64,000 bases of DNA, taken from positions 149 through 64,148 of the forward strand of contig JAEDHF010000001.1 in the NCBI GenBank assembly GCA_016297165.1. The letters are read 5' to 3'. The notes below the pieces were generated by a model. The model worked only from the letters and a program-made list of their open reading frames with translations, searched no databases and had not been told where the DNA came from. The stretch comes from Oscillospiraceae bacterium. GTDB lineage: Bacteria > Bacillota > Clostridia > Oscillospirales > Ruminococcaceae. This document shows, in pieces, positions 37,979 through 48,720 of the stretch. Position 1 is the first letter of the stretch, and the number at the start of each line of letters is the position of its first letter. The position numbers and the translations under genes were made by a program.

Positions 37979-39964
37979 ATGGACGAAAATACTAAGGTTA
38001 CCAACCATGAATACGGCGCAGAGGATATACAGATTCTCGAGGGTCTTGAGGCTGTACGAAAAAGACCGGGTATGTATATCGGTTCTACAGGTCCCAGCGG
38101 TCTGCACCACCTCGTATATGAAATAGTTGATAATGCTATTGATGAGGCATTGGCAGGCTACTGCACCCGTATCGACGTTAAGATACTCCCAGGAGATGTT
38201 ATCGAGGTTACGGATAACGGCCGTGGTATCCCTACAGGCATTCACCCTAAGGAGGGCATTTCCGCTGCTACCGTTGTTTATACAATCCTCCACGCAGGAG
38301 GTAAGTTCGGCGGCGGCGGTTATAAGGTTTCCGGCGGCTTACACGGCGTAGGCGCTTCGGTAGTAAACGCTCTTTCCGAATACCTCGAGCTGGAGGTGCA
38401 CGACGGTAAAAATATACATTACCAGCGTTTCGAAAGAGGCCATTACGACGAACAGATGAAAATAATCGGGGAAACCTCTATTACCGGTACAAAGGTACGC
38501 TTTAAGCCCGACGGTACAATTTTCCACGATACCGTTTTCAACTACGAGACCCTTCTCGACAGAATGAGGGAGCAGTCCTTCCTTAACGGCGGACTTCTTA
38601 TTAACCTTTCCGACGAAAGAGACCCCGAAAATATCGTAAGTGAAAAGCTTCGTTATGAGGGCGGTATTATAAGCTATGTAGAATGGCTTCAGGATATGAG
38701 AGGTGCAGACAGACTTCACCCCGACGTTATCTATCTTAGCGGCGTTATGGACGATATTACCGTAGAGGTAGCCTTCCAGTACAATACAGACTTCAACAGC
38801 GAGGCCTTCCGTTCCTTCGCCAACAATATCCATACCATAGACGGCGGTACTCACGAAACTGCCTTCAAGAGAGCCCTCAATAAGGTAGTAAACGACTTCG
38901 TAAAGGCATATCTTGAACAGGAAGCAAGCAAGAAGACCAAGAAAAACGCTAAGAAGAACGACGATAAAAAGGAATTTGTTGCTCTTTCGGGAGAAGCTAT
39001 CCGAGAGGCTATAAACGCAGTTATTTCCGTTAAGCTTCCCGAATGTGAGTTCGAGGGACAGACAAAGGGTAAGCTCGGTAATCCCGAGGTTGCTCCCGTA
39101 GTATATCAGATTGTTACCGAAAAGCTTACATACTACTTTGAGGAACATCCCGAAACCGCCAATATCATAGTCACAAAGGCTATCAATTCCCAGGCGGCAA
39201 GAGATGCCGCAAAGAAGGCTATGGAGGCTAAGAGAAAGTCGGTAGCCGATGGTGCAGGACTTCCCGGTAAGCTTGCGGACTGCTACGAAAAGGACGCCGA
39301 AAAGACGGAAATATATATCGTAGAGGGTGACTCTGCGGGCGGCTCTGCTAAACAGGGCAGAAACAGCGCCTTTCAGGCTATTCTTCCTCTCTGGGGAAAA
39401 ATGCTTAACGTAGAAAAGGCGAGAGCGGATAAGGTTTATAATAACGATAAGCTGCTGCCTGTGGTAAAGGCTCTCGGTACGGGTATCGGCGAGGACTTCG
39501 ATATTACTAAGCTCCGCTACGGAAGAATCGTTATTATGGCGGATGCCGACGTTGACGGCGCACATATCAGAACGTTACTTTTAACCTTCTTCTTCCGCTT
39601 TATGAAGCCTCTTATCGAGGAGGGACACGTTTTCCTTGCCCAGCCTCCTCTCTTTAAGGTATTCAGAGGTAAGCAGGTAAGATATGCCTTCTCCGACGAG
39701 GAGAGAGACGCTTATATCGCCGAGCTTTCGGGAGATAATAACGCTAAGGTAGAAGTACAGCGCTATAAAGGTCTTGGTGAAATGGACCCCGACCAGCTCT
39801 GGGAAACCACAATGGACCCGGAAAGACGTACTATGCTTAAGGTAAGTATGGAGGACGCAGCAAAGGCGGATATGATATTCTCTATTCTTATGGGCGATAA
39901 GGTTGAGCCTCGTAGAGAGTTTATCGAAACCAATGCGAAGTACGTTGAAAATCTCGATATATAA
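37979..39964 (+). CDS. gyrB: DNA gyrase subunit B
   Basis: LEAVRKRPGMYIG, EGDSAGGSA, DADVDGAHI, QRYKGLGEM. Confidence 0.97.
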   Translation: MDENTKVTNHEYGAEDIQILEGLEAVRKRPGMYIGSTGPSGLHHLVYEIVDNAIDEALAGYCTRIDVKILPGDVIEVTDNGRGIPTGIHPKEGISAATVVYTILHAGGKFGGGGYKVSGGLHGVGASVVNALSEYLELEVHDGKNIHYQRFERGHYDEQMKIIGETSITGTKVRFKPDGTIFHDTVFNYETLLDRMREQSFLNGGLLINLSDERDPENIVSEKLRYEGGIISYVEWLQDMRGADRLHPDVIYLSGVMDDITVEVAFQYNTDFNSEAFRSFANNIHTIDGGTHETAFKRALNKVVNDFVKAYLEQEASKKTKKNAKKNDDKKEFVALSGEAIREAINAVISVKLPECEFEGQTKGKLGNPEVAPVVYQIVTEKLTYYFEEHPETANIIVTKAINSQAARDAAKKAMEAKRKSVADGAGLPGKLADCYEKDAEKTEIYIVEGDSAGGSAKQGRNSAFQAILPLWGKMLNVEKARADKVYNNDKLLPVVKALGTGIGEDFDITKLRYGRIVIMADADVDGAHIRTLLLTFFFRFMKPLIEEGHVFLAQPPLFKVFRGKQVRYAFSDEERDAYIAELSGDNNAKVEVQRYKGLGEMDPDQLWETTMDPERRTMLKVSMEDAAKADMIFSILMGDKVEPRREFIETNAKYVENLDI

Positions 39965-39982
39965 GGATATTTCTGAAATAAT

Positions 39983-40360
39983 ATGAATTCTGAAGAAAAT
40001 AACGAAAAACAGATTGAGAAGCTCGAAAGAATGGAAAAAATCTATGCAGACGAGGAGCGTCACCAATCGGTTATAGAAAAAATCGAAACCGAGGACAGCG
40101 ATTTCTGCGCCCCCTTAAGAAAGGTCTTTAAATGGGTTCTTCTTATCGTGTGGCTTGCCTGTGTGGCAGTTCTTATTACCGGCGGAGATTTTACCCTTCC
40201 CGCCTCGGGTATTCTCTTTTCGGGAGGAATTTATGCAGGACTTTATATCCCGAAATTCTTCCGACAGAACAAAAAAGGAGACGTTGTTGTTGCGATAATA
40301 GTAGCTTTAGCTACTATCGGTCTTTCGGTTATCCTTATAACGGGCAACAGCGTCTGGTGA
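39983..40360 (+). CDS. hypothetical membrane protein (about 3 TM)
   Basis: ORF directly after gyrB; hydrophobic C-terminal half. Confidence 0.7.
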   Translation: MNSEENNEKQIEKLERMEKIYADEERHQSVIEKIETEDSDFCAPLRKVFKWVLLIVWLACVAVLITGGDFTLPASGILFSGGIYAGLYIPKFFRQNKKGDVVVAIIVALATIGLSVILITGNSVW

Positions 40361-40371
40361 AAGGAAAATAA

Positions 40372-41004
40372 ATGGACGAGCTCTTTAATATAAGGTTCGA
40401 TATGGATAACGGCGAGATAGAAAAGGCTTACGTTAAATTCCAGAATAGGTTTACTCTTAAAAGAAAGCTTATTTATACAGTAGTCTATATTATCGTAATA
40501 ATCCTCGGTATTGACCTTATTCTTAAAAACAACACAAGTCCCTTCGGTTATATTGCTACGGGACTTGGCGCAGGTATTCTTCTCTTTAACTGGATACAGC
40601 CTGTTATTATAAGAAAGAAAATGCTTTCTATCCTCGGGGATATGGGGCAGGAAACCTATAATATGGCATTTTTTGAGGACAGGATTGAGATTTCTACAGA
40701 AATTGCCCCCGAACAGGAAACCGAGGTTGTGGCTATTACCTCTCACGGAGTTATGCCCGTAGAGGAAGGAAGCGAAGCAGCTAAGGAAATTGCCGCTAAT
40801 CCCGAAATAGTAAGGGACGATACGAAAATAGAAAAGAGCGTTTATCGCCTGGCGGAAAACGAGCTTACCTTCTATGAGGACGATAGCCTTTTCCACCTTT
40901 ATCTTAACAGAAGCTCCTTCTACGCTATACCGAAGAGATGCCTTAACGAAACCGATATAGCGGCTCTTAAGGAATATATATCCGATAAGGCGCTTAATGC
41001 ATAA
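40372..41004 (+). CDS. YcxB-like membrane protein
   Basis: 2 TM, then FFEDRI...YEDDSLFHLYL...YAIPKR. Confidence 0.7.
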   Translation: MDELFNIRFDMDNGEIEKAYVKFQNRFTLKRKLIYTVVYIIVIILGIDLILKNNTSPFGYIATGLGAGILLFNWIQPVIIRKKMLSILGDMGQETYNMAFFEDRIEISTEIAPEQETEVVAITSHGVMPVEEGSEAAKEIAANPEIVRDDTKIEKSVYRLAENELTFYEDDSLFHLYLNRSSFYAIPKRCLNETDIAALKEYISDKALNA

Positions 41005-41034
41005 CACCCATAAAAAACAAAGGAATATATAATT

Positions 41035-43716
41035 ATGGAATACGTTGAATCTATTCACCCCGGCGAGAAGCTTATAGCCGTAGATATCGAGAATGAGATG
41101 AAGAAATCCTTCCTCGACTATTCTATGTCGGTTATCGTTTCCCGTGCACTTCCCGACGTAAGGGACGGCTTAAAGCCCGTACACCGTCGTATCATCTATA
41201 CCATGAACGACGCAGGCAACACCTCGGACAAGCCCTACAGAAAATGCGCCTATACCGTCGGCGAGGTTCTCGGTAAATACCACCCCCACGGCGACAGCTC
41301 CGTTTATGACGCTATGGTACGTTTAGCCCAGAACTTCTCTCTTCGCTACCCTATGGTGGACGGACACGGTAACTTCGGCTCTATCGACGGCGACCCCCCT
41401 GCTGCATACCGTTACACGGAAGCACGACTTGCGAAAATCGCTAACGAAATGCTCCAGGATATAAATAAGGATACCGTAGATTTCGGACCCAACTACGACG
41501 ATAAGCTTAAGGAGCCTACCGTTTTACCCTCCCGTTTTCCGAATCTTCTCGTAAACGGAAGTATCGGTATCGCCGTAGGTATGGCAACCAACATTCCGCC
41601 CCATAACTTAAACGAGGTAATAGACGCCCTCGACCTTCTTATCGAGGATAGGGACGCTCCCGTTGAGAGCATTATGAACTGCATAAAGGGACCCGACTTC
41701 CCTACCGGCGGTATCATTATGGGCTATTCGGGTATCCGCTCCGCTTATTATACGGGCAGGGGTAAGATAATTCTCCGAGGAAGAGCGGAAATTGTTGAAG
41801 AAAAGACCCATACAAGAATAGTTATCACCGAAATTCCATATATGGTAAATAAGACCCGTCTTCTCGAATCAATCGGCGAGCTTATGAGAGATAAGCGAAT
41901 CGAGGGTATTTCTACTCTCCGTGACGAATCCGACAGAACGGGTATGAAGATAGTTATTGAGCTTAAGCGTGACGCTAACGCAAACGTTGTTCTTAATAAG
42001 CTTTATTCCTATACACAGCTGCAGGATACCGTAGGCGTAATTATGCTTGCGCTTGTGGACGGCGTTCCGAAGATTTTACCCCTTAAGGATATGCTTAGCC
42101 ACTATCTTGATTTCCAGGTTGACGTAATCGAAAGACGTACCCGCTACGACCTTGAAAAGGCAAGAAACAGAGCCCATTTACTACAGGGCTTTATGCTGGC
42201 TATCGACAATATCGACGAGGTTATCGCTATCCTTCGTTCAAGTAAGACTGTTCAGGAGGGTAAGGATCGCCTTATGGAGCGTTTCAAGGAAGCCGACCTT
42301 TCACAGCTTCTGACCCGTGCCATGGACGACGCCCATAAGGACATAAAGTTCGAAACAGAAATCGGTCTTTCCGAGCAGCAGGCTGACGCTATCGTACAGA
42401 TGCGTCTTGCACAGCTTACAGGTCTCGAAAAGGAAAAGATTGAGGACGAGCTGGGCGAAATAATGAATAAGATTTCCGAATACATGGAAATTCTCGGAGA
42501 TAAGGCTAAGGTTTATGAGGTAATCCGTGAGGAATTAGAGGTTATCCGTAAGAAATACGGCGACGAAAGACGTACCTCTATCGAGCAGGTAAGCGGCGAG
42601 GTTGATATCGAGGACCTTATTCCCGTTGAGGAAAGCGTTATTACATACACCAACCTCGGCTATCTTAAGCGTCAGGCTGTTGATGTATATAACCTTCAGA
42701 GAAGAGGCGGCCGTGGCGTTTCGGGCATGAAGCAGCGTGATGAGGACTTCGTTGAGAACGTATTTATCTCCTCCTCACACGATAACATTCTCTTTATTAC
42801 CAATCTCGGTAATATGTATAAGCTGAAATGCTACGAAATTCCCGAGGGCTCGAAACAAAGCAGAGGCACCAACGTTGTAAACCTGCTGCAGTTAGAAGAG
42901 GGCGAAAAGATAGCAGCAATGATGAAAACCGCCGATTTCTCGGAGAATAAGTACTTTGTCTGCGTAACGAAGCAGGGTAAAATCAAGCGTACCAATCTCT
43001 CTGCATTTAAGAACATAAGAAAGAGGGGACTTCGTGCAATCACTCTCATGGAGGGTGATGAAATTGCGGCGGCTCACCTTACCGAGGGCGACTCGGGAGT
43101 TCTTATCGCTACCCATAACGGTAGAGCAATCACCTTTATGGAGGATAAGATCAGAAGTATGGGTAGAATGGCGGCAGGCGTAAGAGCAATAAAGCTTAAC
43201 GACGGAGACTATGTAGTAGGCGCAACCAAGGCCTACGACGAGAATATGACTATTCTTACCGTTACGGATAAGGGTCTCGGAAGGCGTACTGCCCTTAAGA
43301 ACTACCCCTTAAGAAACAGGGGAGGATACGGCGTTCTCAACTATAAGGTTGACGACGAAAAGGGCTATGTCTGCGGTATTCGTGCGCTCGGTCCCGACGA
43401 CGACGTTATTCTTATCAGCAGCGACGGCGTCATAATCCGTATCAGAGCCAACGACCTTAACGTTATGGGCAGATATGCCCGTGGCGTAAGGGTTATGAGA
43501 CTTACCGAGGATAACAGGGTCGTTTCCTTCACAAGAACCGAGCACGACGACACCGAGACTACCGAAGAGGTAGAGAAGGCTGACGAAGCTGATATCCTTG
43601 CGGCAGAAGCTGAGGAAGCGGCTGAGGTTATCCTTGACGAGGCTGAACCCGAGGACGAGGAAGAGATAACCGAAGAAGATATTTCCGAGGAAACTGATTC
43701 CGAAGATGAACAGTAA
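41035..43716 (+). CDS. gyrA: DNA gyrase subunit A
   Basis: [30 protein letters not shown], GyrA-box QRRGGRG, acidic tail. Confidence 0.97.
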   Translation: MEYVESIHPGEKLIAVDIENEMKKSFLDYSMSVIVSRALPDVRDGLKPVHRRIIYTMNDAGNTSDKPYRKCAYTVGEVLGKYHPHGDSSVYDAMVRLAQNFSLRYPMVDGHGNFGSIDGDPPAAYRYTEARLAKIANEMLQDINKDTVDFGPNYDDKLKEPTVLPSRFPNLLVNGSIGIAVGMATNIPPHNLNEVIDALDLLIEDRDAPVESIMNCIKGPDFPTGGIIMGYSGIRSAYYTGRGKIILRGRAEIVEEKTHTRIVITEIPYMVNKTRLLESIGELMRDKRIEGISTLRDESDRTGMKIVIELKRDANANVVLNKLYSYTQLQDTVGVIMLALVDGVPKILPLKDMLSHYLDFQVDVIERRTRYDLEKARNRAHLLQGFMLAIDNIDEVIAILRSSKTVQEGKDRLMERFKEADLSQLLTRAMDDAHKDIKFETEIGLSEQQADAIVQMRLAQLTGLEKEKIEDELGEIMNKISEYMEILGDKAKVYEVIREELEVIRKKYGDERRTSIEQVSGEVDIEDLIPVEESVITYTNLGYLKRQAVDVYNLQRRGGRGVSGMKQRDEDFVENVFISSSHDNILFITNLGNMYKLKCYEIPEGSKQSRGTNVVNLLQLEEGEKIAAMMKTADFSENKYFVCVTKQGKIKRTNLSAFKNIRKRGLRAITLMEGDEIAAAHLTEGDSGVLIATHNGRAITFMEDKIRSMGRMAAGVRAIKLNDGDYVVGATKAYDENMTILTVTDKGLGRRTALKNYPLRNRGGYGVLNYKVDDEKGYVCGIRALGPDDDVILISSDGVIIRIRANDLNVMGRYARGVRVMRLTEDNRVVSFTRTEHDDTETTEEVEKADEADILAAEAEEAAEVILDEAEPEDEEEITEEDISEETDSEDEQ

Positions 43717-43753
43717 TATGAACAAATATATGTTCATTGGATAGAAAAGATTA

Positions 43754-43782
43754 ACGGACTGCGTAGATTCTATGCAGTCCGT
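43754..43782 (+). terminator. gyrA terminator
   Basis: ACGGACTGCGTAGA-T-TCTATGCAGTCCGT followed by T-rich tail. Confidence 0.8.
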
Positions 43783-43843
43783 ATTTTTCTATTAAAATTT
43801 TACAGAGGGTTGAGATTTTGAGGGAGATTTCGAGAATATGAGA

Positions 43844-43900
43844 GGGGCTCTGCCCCCGACCCCGCACCCTTTTTCGAGAAAAAGGGCGGCAAAAAGCTTT
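43844..43900. repeat. REP-like double hairpin
   Basis: GGGGC-TCT-GCCCC and CCCTTTTT-CGAG-AAAAAGGG in an intergenic region. Confidence 0.5.
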
Positions 43901-43957
43901 TGTATTTTAAGAGAAAAACAGACCGCAAAAAAATGGCAGAGCGGCTTCCGCCCCCGC

Positions 43958-44836
43958 TTATTCTATGTTCTGGATTTGCTCTCTTATTTTTTCGATTTCG
44001 CTCTTTACATCAACCACGATTCGGGTTATCCGTAAATCCTGTGCCTTTGAGCCTATAGTATTTGTCTCACGGTTAAGCTCCTGCACAAGGAAGTCAAGCT
44101 TCCTGCCCACATGCTCCTCCGTATCCAGCATTTTTCTGAACTGCTCGAAATGGCTCTTTAACCGTACGGTTTCCTCATCAACAGCAATCTTTTCGGCAAA
44201 AATGCCTGCTTCTAAAAGAATACGCTGCTCATCAATCTGCTTATTCTCGAGAATTTCCGTCATCTTCGCCATAAGTCGCTCACGATATGCCTTTACGGTT
44301 TCGGGAGAATACTCGCAAACCTTCTCAATCATAGCTTCGATATTGGAGAGCTTTTCGAGAATATCCGCCTTCATCTTTTCGCCCTCGGTTTCACGCATCT
44401 TTACGAATTTTTCCAATGCACCCTCGGCGGTTTCCTTAACAGCCAGCCAGATTTCCTCCTCGTCAACATCTGCCCTTACTACGTTAAAGGCGTCGGTCAT
44501 TTTGAAGATTGAGTTAAGGGAAAGGTCGTCCTTTAAGCCGAATTTCTCCCCTGCCTCACGCATAGCGGTAACGTAATTTTCTACTACGAGGTCGTTTACC
44601 GTTACGGCGGTTTCCTTACTCTTTATATTATAAACCGAGAGGGAAACCTCAACCTTTCCTCGGCTTATTTTCTCCTTTAAAAGGGTCTTAAGCTTTTCCT
44701 CGAGATACATATACTGTCGGGGCAGCTTCGCAGTAAATTCGTAATAACGTGAGTTAACCGAGCGTATTTCTACGAGATATTCCCGTCCGTCGATAACCTT
44801 ATGCTCCCTGCCGAAGCCTGTCATACTTCTTATCAT
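43958..44836 (-). CDS. yicC: YicC/YloC endoribonuclease
   Basis: MIRSMTGFG, EIRSVN, GRKLDFLVQELNRETNTIGSK, REQIQNIE. Confidence 0.95.
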   Translation of the reverse strand: MIRSMTGFGREHKVIDGREYLVEIRSVNSRYYEFTAKLPRQYMYLEEKLKTLLKEKISRGKVEVSLSVYNIKSKETAVTVNDLVVENYVTAMREAGEKFGLKDDLSLNSIFKMTDAFNVVRADVDEEEIWLAVKETAEGALEKFVKMRETEGEKMKADILEKLSNIEAMIEKVCEYSPETVKAYRERLMAKMTEILENKQIDEQRILLEAGIFAEKIAVDEETVRLKSHFEQFRKMLDTEEHVGRKLDFLVQELNRETNTIGSKAQDLRITRIVVDVKSEIEKIREQIQNIE

Positions 44837-44853
44837 AGTTTTTTCCTTTCTGT

Positions 44854-45516
44854 TTATCTTCCTAAGTAGTCAATTTCCCTGTCGAAATCCATAAGCTCGC
44901 CGAGGACGGGAATGTTATATTCCTCGGTAAGATTGTCCGCTGAGGTTATGGTGTTGTCCAGCTTCCAGATTATAAGTATGCCTATAACGGAAATAATAAG
45001 ACCTGCCCCGAAGCCGATAGCTACAAAGAGCATATCATTTGGGAAAACGGGAGCTTCGGGCATTTTCGGCGACGAAACTACGGTTATTCCCGCATTTTCG
45101 ATATAACCCGACAGCACCTCAGGCATAGCCCTAAGATATATTTCCGCTAATTTGCAGGAATTTTCCGCCGTACTCATATCTATTTCGGCTCTTAAAATAC
45201 CCGTTCCGCCCTCCTGGCTTATCTTTATCATTTCCTCATATTCCCGGTAGGAAAAGCGAACCTGTAACCCCTCGTTCATTTCGTTATAGATGTTGGGGCT
45301 CTTGAATAAAAGGGCTGCGGTAGTTGCACTTACAGGGTCGGGCTTTCCGCTTTCGTCGGTTACCATTACGTCAAATGTGGTGATATAATGCTTTTCTATT
45401 CCGTAGGCAGAAAGCAGATATCCCGAAATTGTCGTAAGAACAACCACAACAACAGCTATTCGCCAGTTATTTCTTATAGTATTAAGAAGCTTTTTAAGTT
45501 TATTATTCTTTTTCAT
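44854..45516 (-). CDS. Wzz/CpsC (YveK-like) polysaccharide co-polymerase family membrane protein
   Basis: N- and C-terminal TM, PxxPxFPN, LDNTI...IPVLG. Confidence 0.7.
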   Translation of the reverse strand: MKKNNKLKKLLNTIRNNWRIAVVVVVLTTISGYLLSAYGIEKHYITTFDVMVTDESGKPDPVSATTAALLFKSPNIYNEMNEGLQVRFSYREYEEMIKISQEGGTGILRAEIDMSTAENSCKLAEIYLRAMPEVLSGYIENAGITVVSSPKMPEAPVFPNDMLFVAIGFGAGLIISVIGILIIWKLDNTITSADNLTEEYNIPVLGELMDFDREIDYLGR

Positions 45517-45526
45517 TTTCTTTCCT

Positions 45527-46219
45527 TTAGAGAGGTTTTTTTGCGATTACGCCGCTATTTCTCGGGTAGGTGGGCGGCGTTTCCCTTGTTTTCTTTATAA
45601 TGACGAGACAGCGTTTATCTCCTCCGGGGAGCTCATACTTTATTATCCTTTCGAGACTTCCACCCAGCTTTTCTATTGCATTTTTAGCATTTTCCGTTTC
45701 ATTTTCGCCCTCTGCACCCTTTAAAGCAATAAAATATCCTCCTACCTTTACATAAGGAAGACAGTATTCACAAAGTACGTTGAGTGCAGCAACTGCTCTT
45801 GCGGTAGCGTAGTCGAAGGCCTCACGGTATTTCTTATTCCGTGCCGCTTCCTCGCTTCTTGCGTGCAGTGTTTCACAGCTTATTCCAAGCTTTTCGCAGG
45901 CAAGGTCAAGATAGGTTATCCTCTTTCCGAGACTATCTATAAGGGTGAAATTGAGGTCGGGACGATAGATTTTCATAGGGAGGGAGGGGAAGCCTGCCCC
46001 CGTTCCGATATCTACTATAGATGTTCCACATGGAACATCAAACAGCTTCAAGGGGAGAATACTATCTATATAATGCTTTTCGATAACCTCGTCGGGCTCG
46101 GTAATACGGGTAAGATTAACATTTTTGTTGTATTCAAGCATAAAATCCATAAGAATACGGAGCTTTTCGGCCTGTTCGAGGGATATCTCAAGACCTGCGT
46201 TACTGAATTTCTCAATCAT
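45527..46219 (-). CDS. rsmG: 16S rRNA (guanine527-N7)-methyltransferase
   Basis: [24 protein letters not shown]. Confidence 0.96.
   Translation of the reverse strand: MIEKFSNAGLEISLEQAEKLRILMDFMLEYNKNVNLTRITEPDEVIEKHYIDSILPLKLFDVPCGTSIVDIGTGAGFPSLPMKIYRPDLNFTLIDSLGKRITYLDLACEKLGISCETLHARSEEAARNKKYREAFDYATARAVAALNVLCEYCLPYVKVGGYFIALKGAEGENETENAKNAIEKLGGSLERIIKYELPGGDKRCLVIIKKTRETPPTYPRNSGVIAKKPL
46022..46037. promoter_or_regulatory. parS site
   Basis: TGTTCCACATGGAACA. Confidence 0.8.
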
Positions 46220-48104
46220 TCTCTTCCCTGTCCTTTCCCGATTCAGCCGCCAGCCATATCAGCAGTACAGATATATCGGCAGGATTAACTCCCGATATTC
46301 TGCCTGCCTGTCCGATATTAAGGGGCTTATGCTTATTAAGCTTTTCCTGTGCCTCGAGGCGGAGACCGCTTATTGTCTTATAGTCGATATCGGTAGGAAG
46401 AAGCTTTTCTTCGAGCCTTTTCATCTCCTTAATCTGGGCAAGCTGTGTTTTTATATAGCCCTCGTATTTTATATTTACCTCGATTTTTCCGATAATGTCC
46501 CGACTAAGCTCGGGAGCGTACTTATCGAAGGGCTTTATATCCATATAGGAAAGCTGCGGCCGCTTTAAAAGCTCAACGAATTTTGTGCCGTGCTCAATAG
46601 GTGACGTGCCCTTTTCCGTAAGCATTTTATTAAGCTCCTCACTTTTATGGACGGTGGTACGCTTTATGCGATCCGTTTCCTCCTCTACCCTTCTTTGCAT
46701 TTCCAGGTACTTTTCGTAGCGTTCCTCTGAAATAAGCCCGATTTCGTGTCCTAAGTCGGTTAAACGTTCGGGGGCGTTATCCTGCCTTAAAATAAGGCGG
46801 TATTCGCTTCGGGAGGTCATCATTCTGTATGGCTCAACGCAGCCCTTAGTCACAAGGTCGTCGATAAGAGTACCGATATAGGAGTTGGAGCGTTCAAGAA
46901 TAATCTGCTCCTTACCCTCTATCTTGCGTGCGGCATTTATACCTGCCACAAGACCTTGTGCTGCCGCCTCCTCGTAGCCCGAGGTGCAGTTGAATTGTCC
47001 TGCGCCGTAGAGCCCCTTTATTTTCTTGAATTCGAGGGTAGCGTAAAGCTCTAAGGGGTTACAGCAGTCATATTCGATAGCGTAGGCAGGCCGCATTATC
47101 TCCACCCTTTCAAGTCCCTTTATCGTACGTAGGAAGCTAAGCTGGACGTCCTCGGGGAGGGAGGTTGACATACCCTGAAGATAATATTCGTCGGTATCAA
47201 GCCCCATAGGCTCAACAAAAAGCTGATGCCGCTCCTTATCCTTAAAGCGGACGATTTTATCCTCGATGCTGGGACAATAGCGAGGACCGACGCCGTGAAT
47301 CCTGCCGGAATAGAGGGGCGAACGGTGAAGGTTATCGAGGATAACCTTATGGGTACGCTCGTTTGTATAGGTGACATAGCACTTCACCTTATTTTCGAGG
47401 GGGAGTGTGTTATCAAAGGAAAAAGGGATAATCTCCTCGTCGCCGTCCTGCTCCTCCATAACCGAGAAGTCGATTGAACGGCGGTGAACACGGGCAGGAG
47501 TACCCGTCTTAAAGCGACGGATATCCAGTCCCAGCTTTTTCAGAGACTCCGTTAATTCTACCGAGGGGCAGACGTTATCGGGTCCCGACGCATAGCTTAA
47601 CTCGCCGATATGGATTGCGCCGTTAAGATAGGTGCCTGTTGTGATGATTACAGCTTTTGCACCGTAAAAAGCGCCGAGCTTTGTTTTTATGCCTGTAACC
47701 TTGCCGTTTTCTACGGCGACTTCGGTTACTTCAGCCTGTTTTATAGAAAGATTTGGCTCCTTTTCAAGAGCGCTTTTCATATAAGTGTGGTACTTTACCC
47801 TGTCGGATTGCACCCTTAATGAATGGACGGCAGGACCCTTTCCTTTATTAAGCACTCTCGACTGGATAAAGGTAGCGTCCGCCGCCTTTCCCATTTCGCC
47901 GCCCAGAGCGTCAATTTCGCCTACAAGCTGTCCCTTCGCCGAGCCGCCTATACAGGGGTTACAGGGCATATTCGCAATAGCGTCAAGGGAGAGTACGAAA
48001 ACTGCGGTTTTCATACCAAGTCTTGCGGCGGCAAGGGCTGCTTCACAGCCTGCGTGTCCTGCGCCAACTACTATTACATCATAGTTTTCTATATTATAAA
48101 TAAT
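46212..48104 (-). CDS. mnmG: tRNA uridine-34 modification enzyme MnmG (GidA)
   Basis: [47 protein letters not shown]; start uncertain (ATT at 48104 after AGAGG, or ATG at 48137). Confidence 0.96.
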   Translation of the reverse strand: MIYNIENYDVIVVGAGHAGCEAALAAARLGMKTAVFVLSLDAIANMPCNPCIGGSAKGQLVGEIDALGGEMGKAADATFIQSRVLNKGKGPAVHSLRVQSDRVKYHTYMKSALEKEPNLSIKQAEVTEVAVENGKVTGIKTKLGAFYGAKAVIITTGTYLNGAIHIGELSYASGPDNVCPSVELTESLKKLGLDIRRFKTGTPARVHRRSIDFSVMEEQDGDEEIIPFSFDNTLPLENKVKCYVTYTNERTHKVILDNLHRSPLYSGRIHGVGPRYCPSIEDKIVRFKDKERHQLFVEPMGLDTDEYYLQGMSTSLPEDVQLSFLRTIKGLERVEIMRPAYAIEYDCCNPLELYATLEFKKIKGLYGAGQFNCTSGYEEAAAQGLVAGINAARKIEGKEQIILERSNSYIGTLIDDLVTKGCVEPYRMMTSRSEYRLILRQDNAPERLTDLGHEIGLISEERYEKYLEMQRRVEEETDRIKRTTVHKSEELNKMLTEKGTSPIEHGTKFVELLKRPQLSYMDIKPFDKYAPELSRDIIGKIEVNIKYEGYIKTQLAQIKEMKRLEEKLLPTDIDYKTISGLRLEAQEKLNKHKPLNIGQAGRISGVNPADISVLLIWLAAESGKDREEND

Positions 48105-48120
48105 ATCATATCCTCTCTGA

Positions 48121-48136
48121 TGTTCCACATGGAACA
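48121..48136. promoter_or_regulatory. parS site
   Basis: TGTTCCACATGGAACA. Confidence 0.8.
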
Positions 48137-48140
48137 TAGA

Positions 48141-48307
48141 TTTAATGCTAATTCCTAATCAAACTATAGACAAAGACGGAAGATAGAACACAGCAAATCG
48201 AGGAAAGCGAACGCAGCCTGGCTTGACGCCAGTCAAGAGAGCTTGACGATGAGTTGCTGGGTTATAGCAATCGGATTTGTCTATAGGGTGGTTAGGTATT
48301 AGTATAA
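48141..48307. mobile_element. BOX-like structured repeat element
   Basis: outer stems TGCTAAT/ATTAGTA and CTATAGACAAA/TTTGTCTATAG; core AGGAAAGCGAACGCAG-CCTGGCTTGACGCCAG-TCAAG..GCTTGACG; ends AGTATAA. Confidence 0.65.
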
Positions 48308-48342
48308 GATTATCGGTAAAGGCTTATCGGTGTTGCCTTAAA

Positions 48343-48639
48343 TTACTGCGCCTTAGGATATATCTTCCATACCGCCGTATAATCGGGATTCATTATAGAA
48401 GTACCGCTTGGCTCTAACTTATAGATTCCGGGACGGGCAGGAACAAAGTTCCGAAGCTCGGGAGGAAAAGCGAACTTTTCGCCTGTTGCTGTGTCTCTTA
48501 TAATTACGCCGGTTTCGATAGAGCCGCTTACTACTACTCCTAAGAATTCCTTACGGCTTAATTCCTTCTTATTACGGTCGAGAGTTTTAACTGCCACGAG
48601 GACAGTCCTTCCTATTATTTCTTCAAATGATATTGCCAT
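48343..48639 (-). CDS. hypothetical protein
   Basis: ATG after AAGGAG RBS; PP...PARPGIYKL...NPDY. Confidence 0.75.
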   Translation of the reverse strand: MAISFEEIIGRTVLVAVKTLDRNKKELSRKEFLGVVVSGSIETGVIIRDTATGEKFAFPPELRNFVPARPGIYKLEPSGTSIMNPDYTAVWKIYPKAQ

Positions 48640-48651
48640 ACATACTCCTTA

Positions 48652-48667
48652 TGTTCCATGTGGAACA
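48652..48667. promoter_or_regulatory. parS site
   Basis: TGTTCCATGTGGAACA, the reverse complement of the other two. Confidence 0.8.
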
Positions 48668-48720
48668 TTATAATTTTACTACATATTGTTGCTCATTTTA
48701 TACGCCGCTACAAGATATTG

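Noticed and set aside
38339..39565. 408-aa ORF antisense to gyrB, and similar shadow ORFs opposite other long genes
   Set aside because: Fully overlaps a conserved gene on the other strand and has no recognisable motifs; consistent with codon-bias shadows
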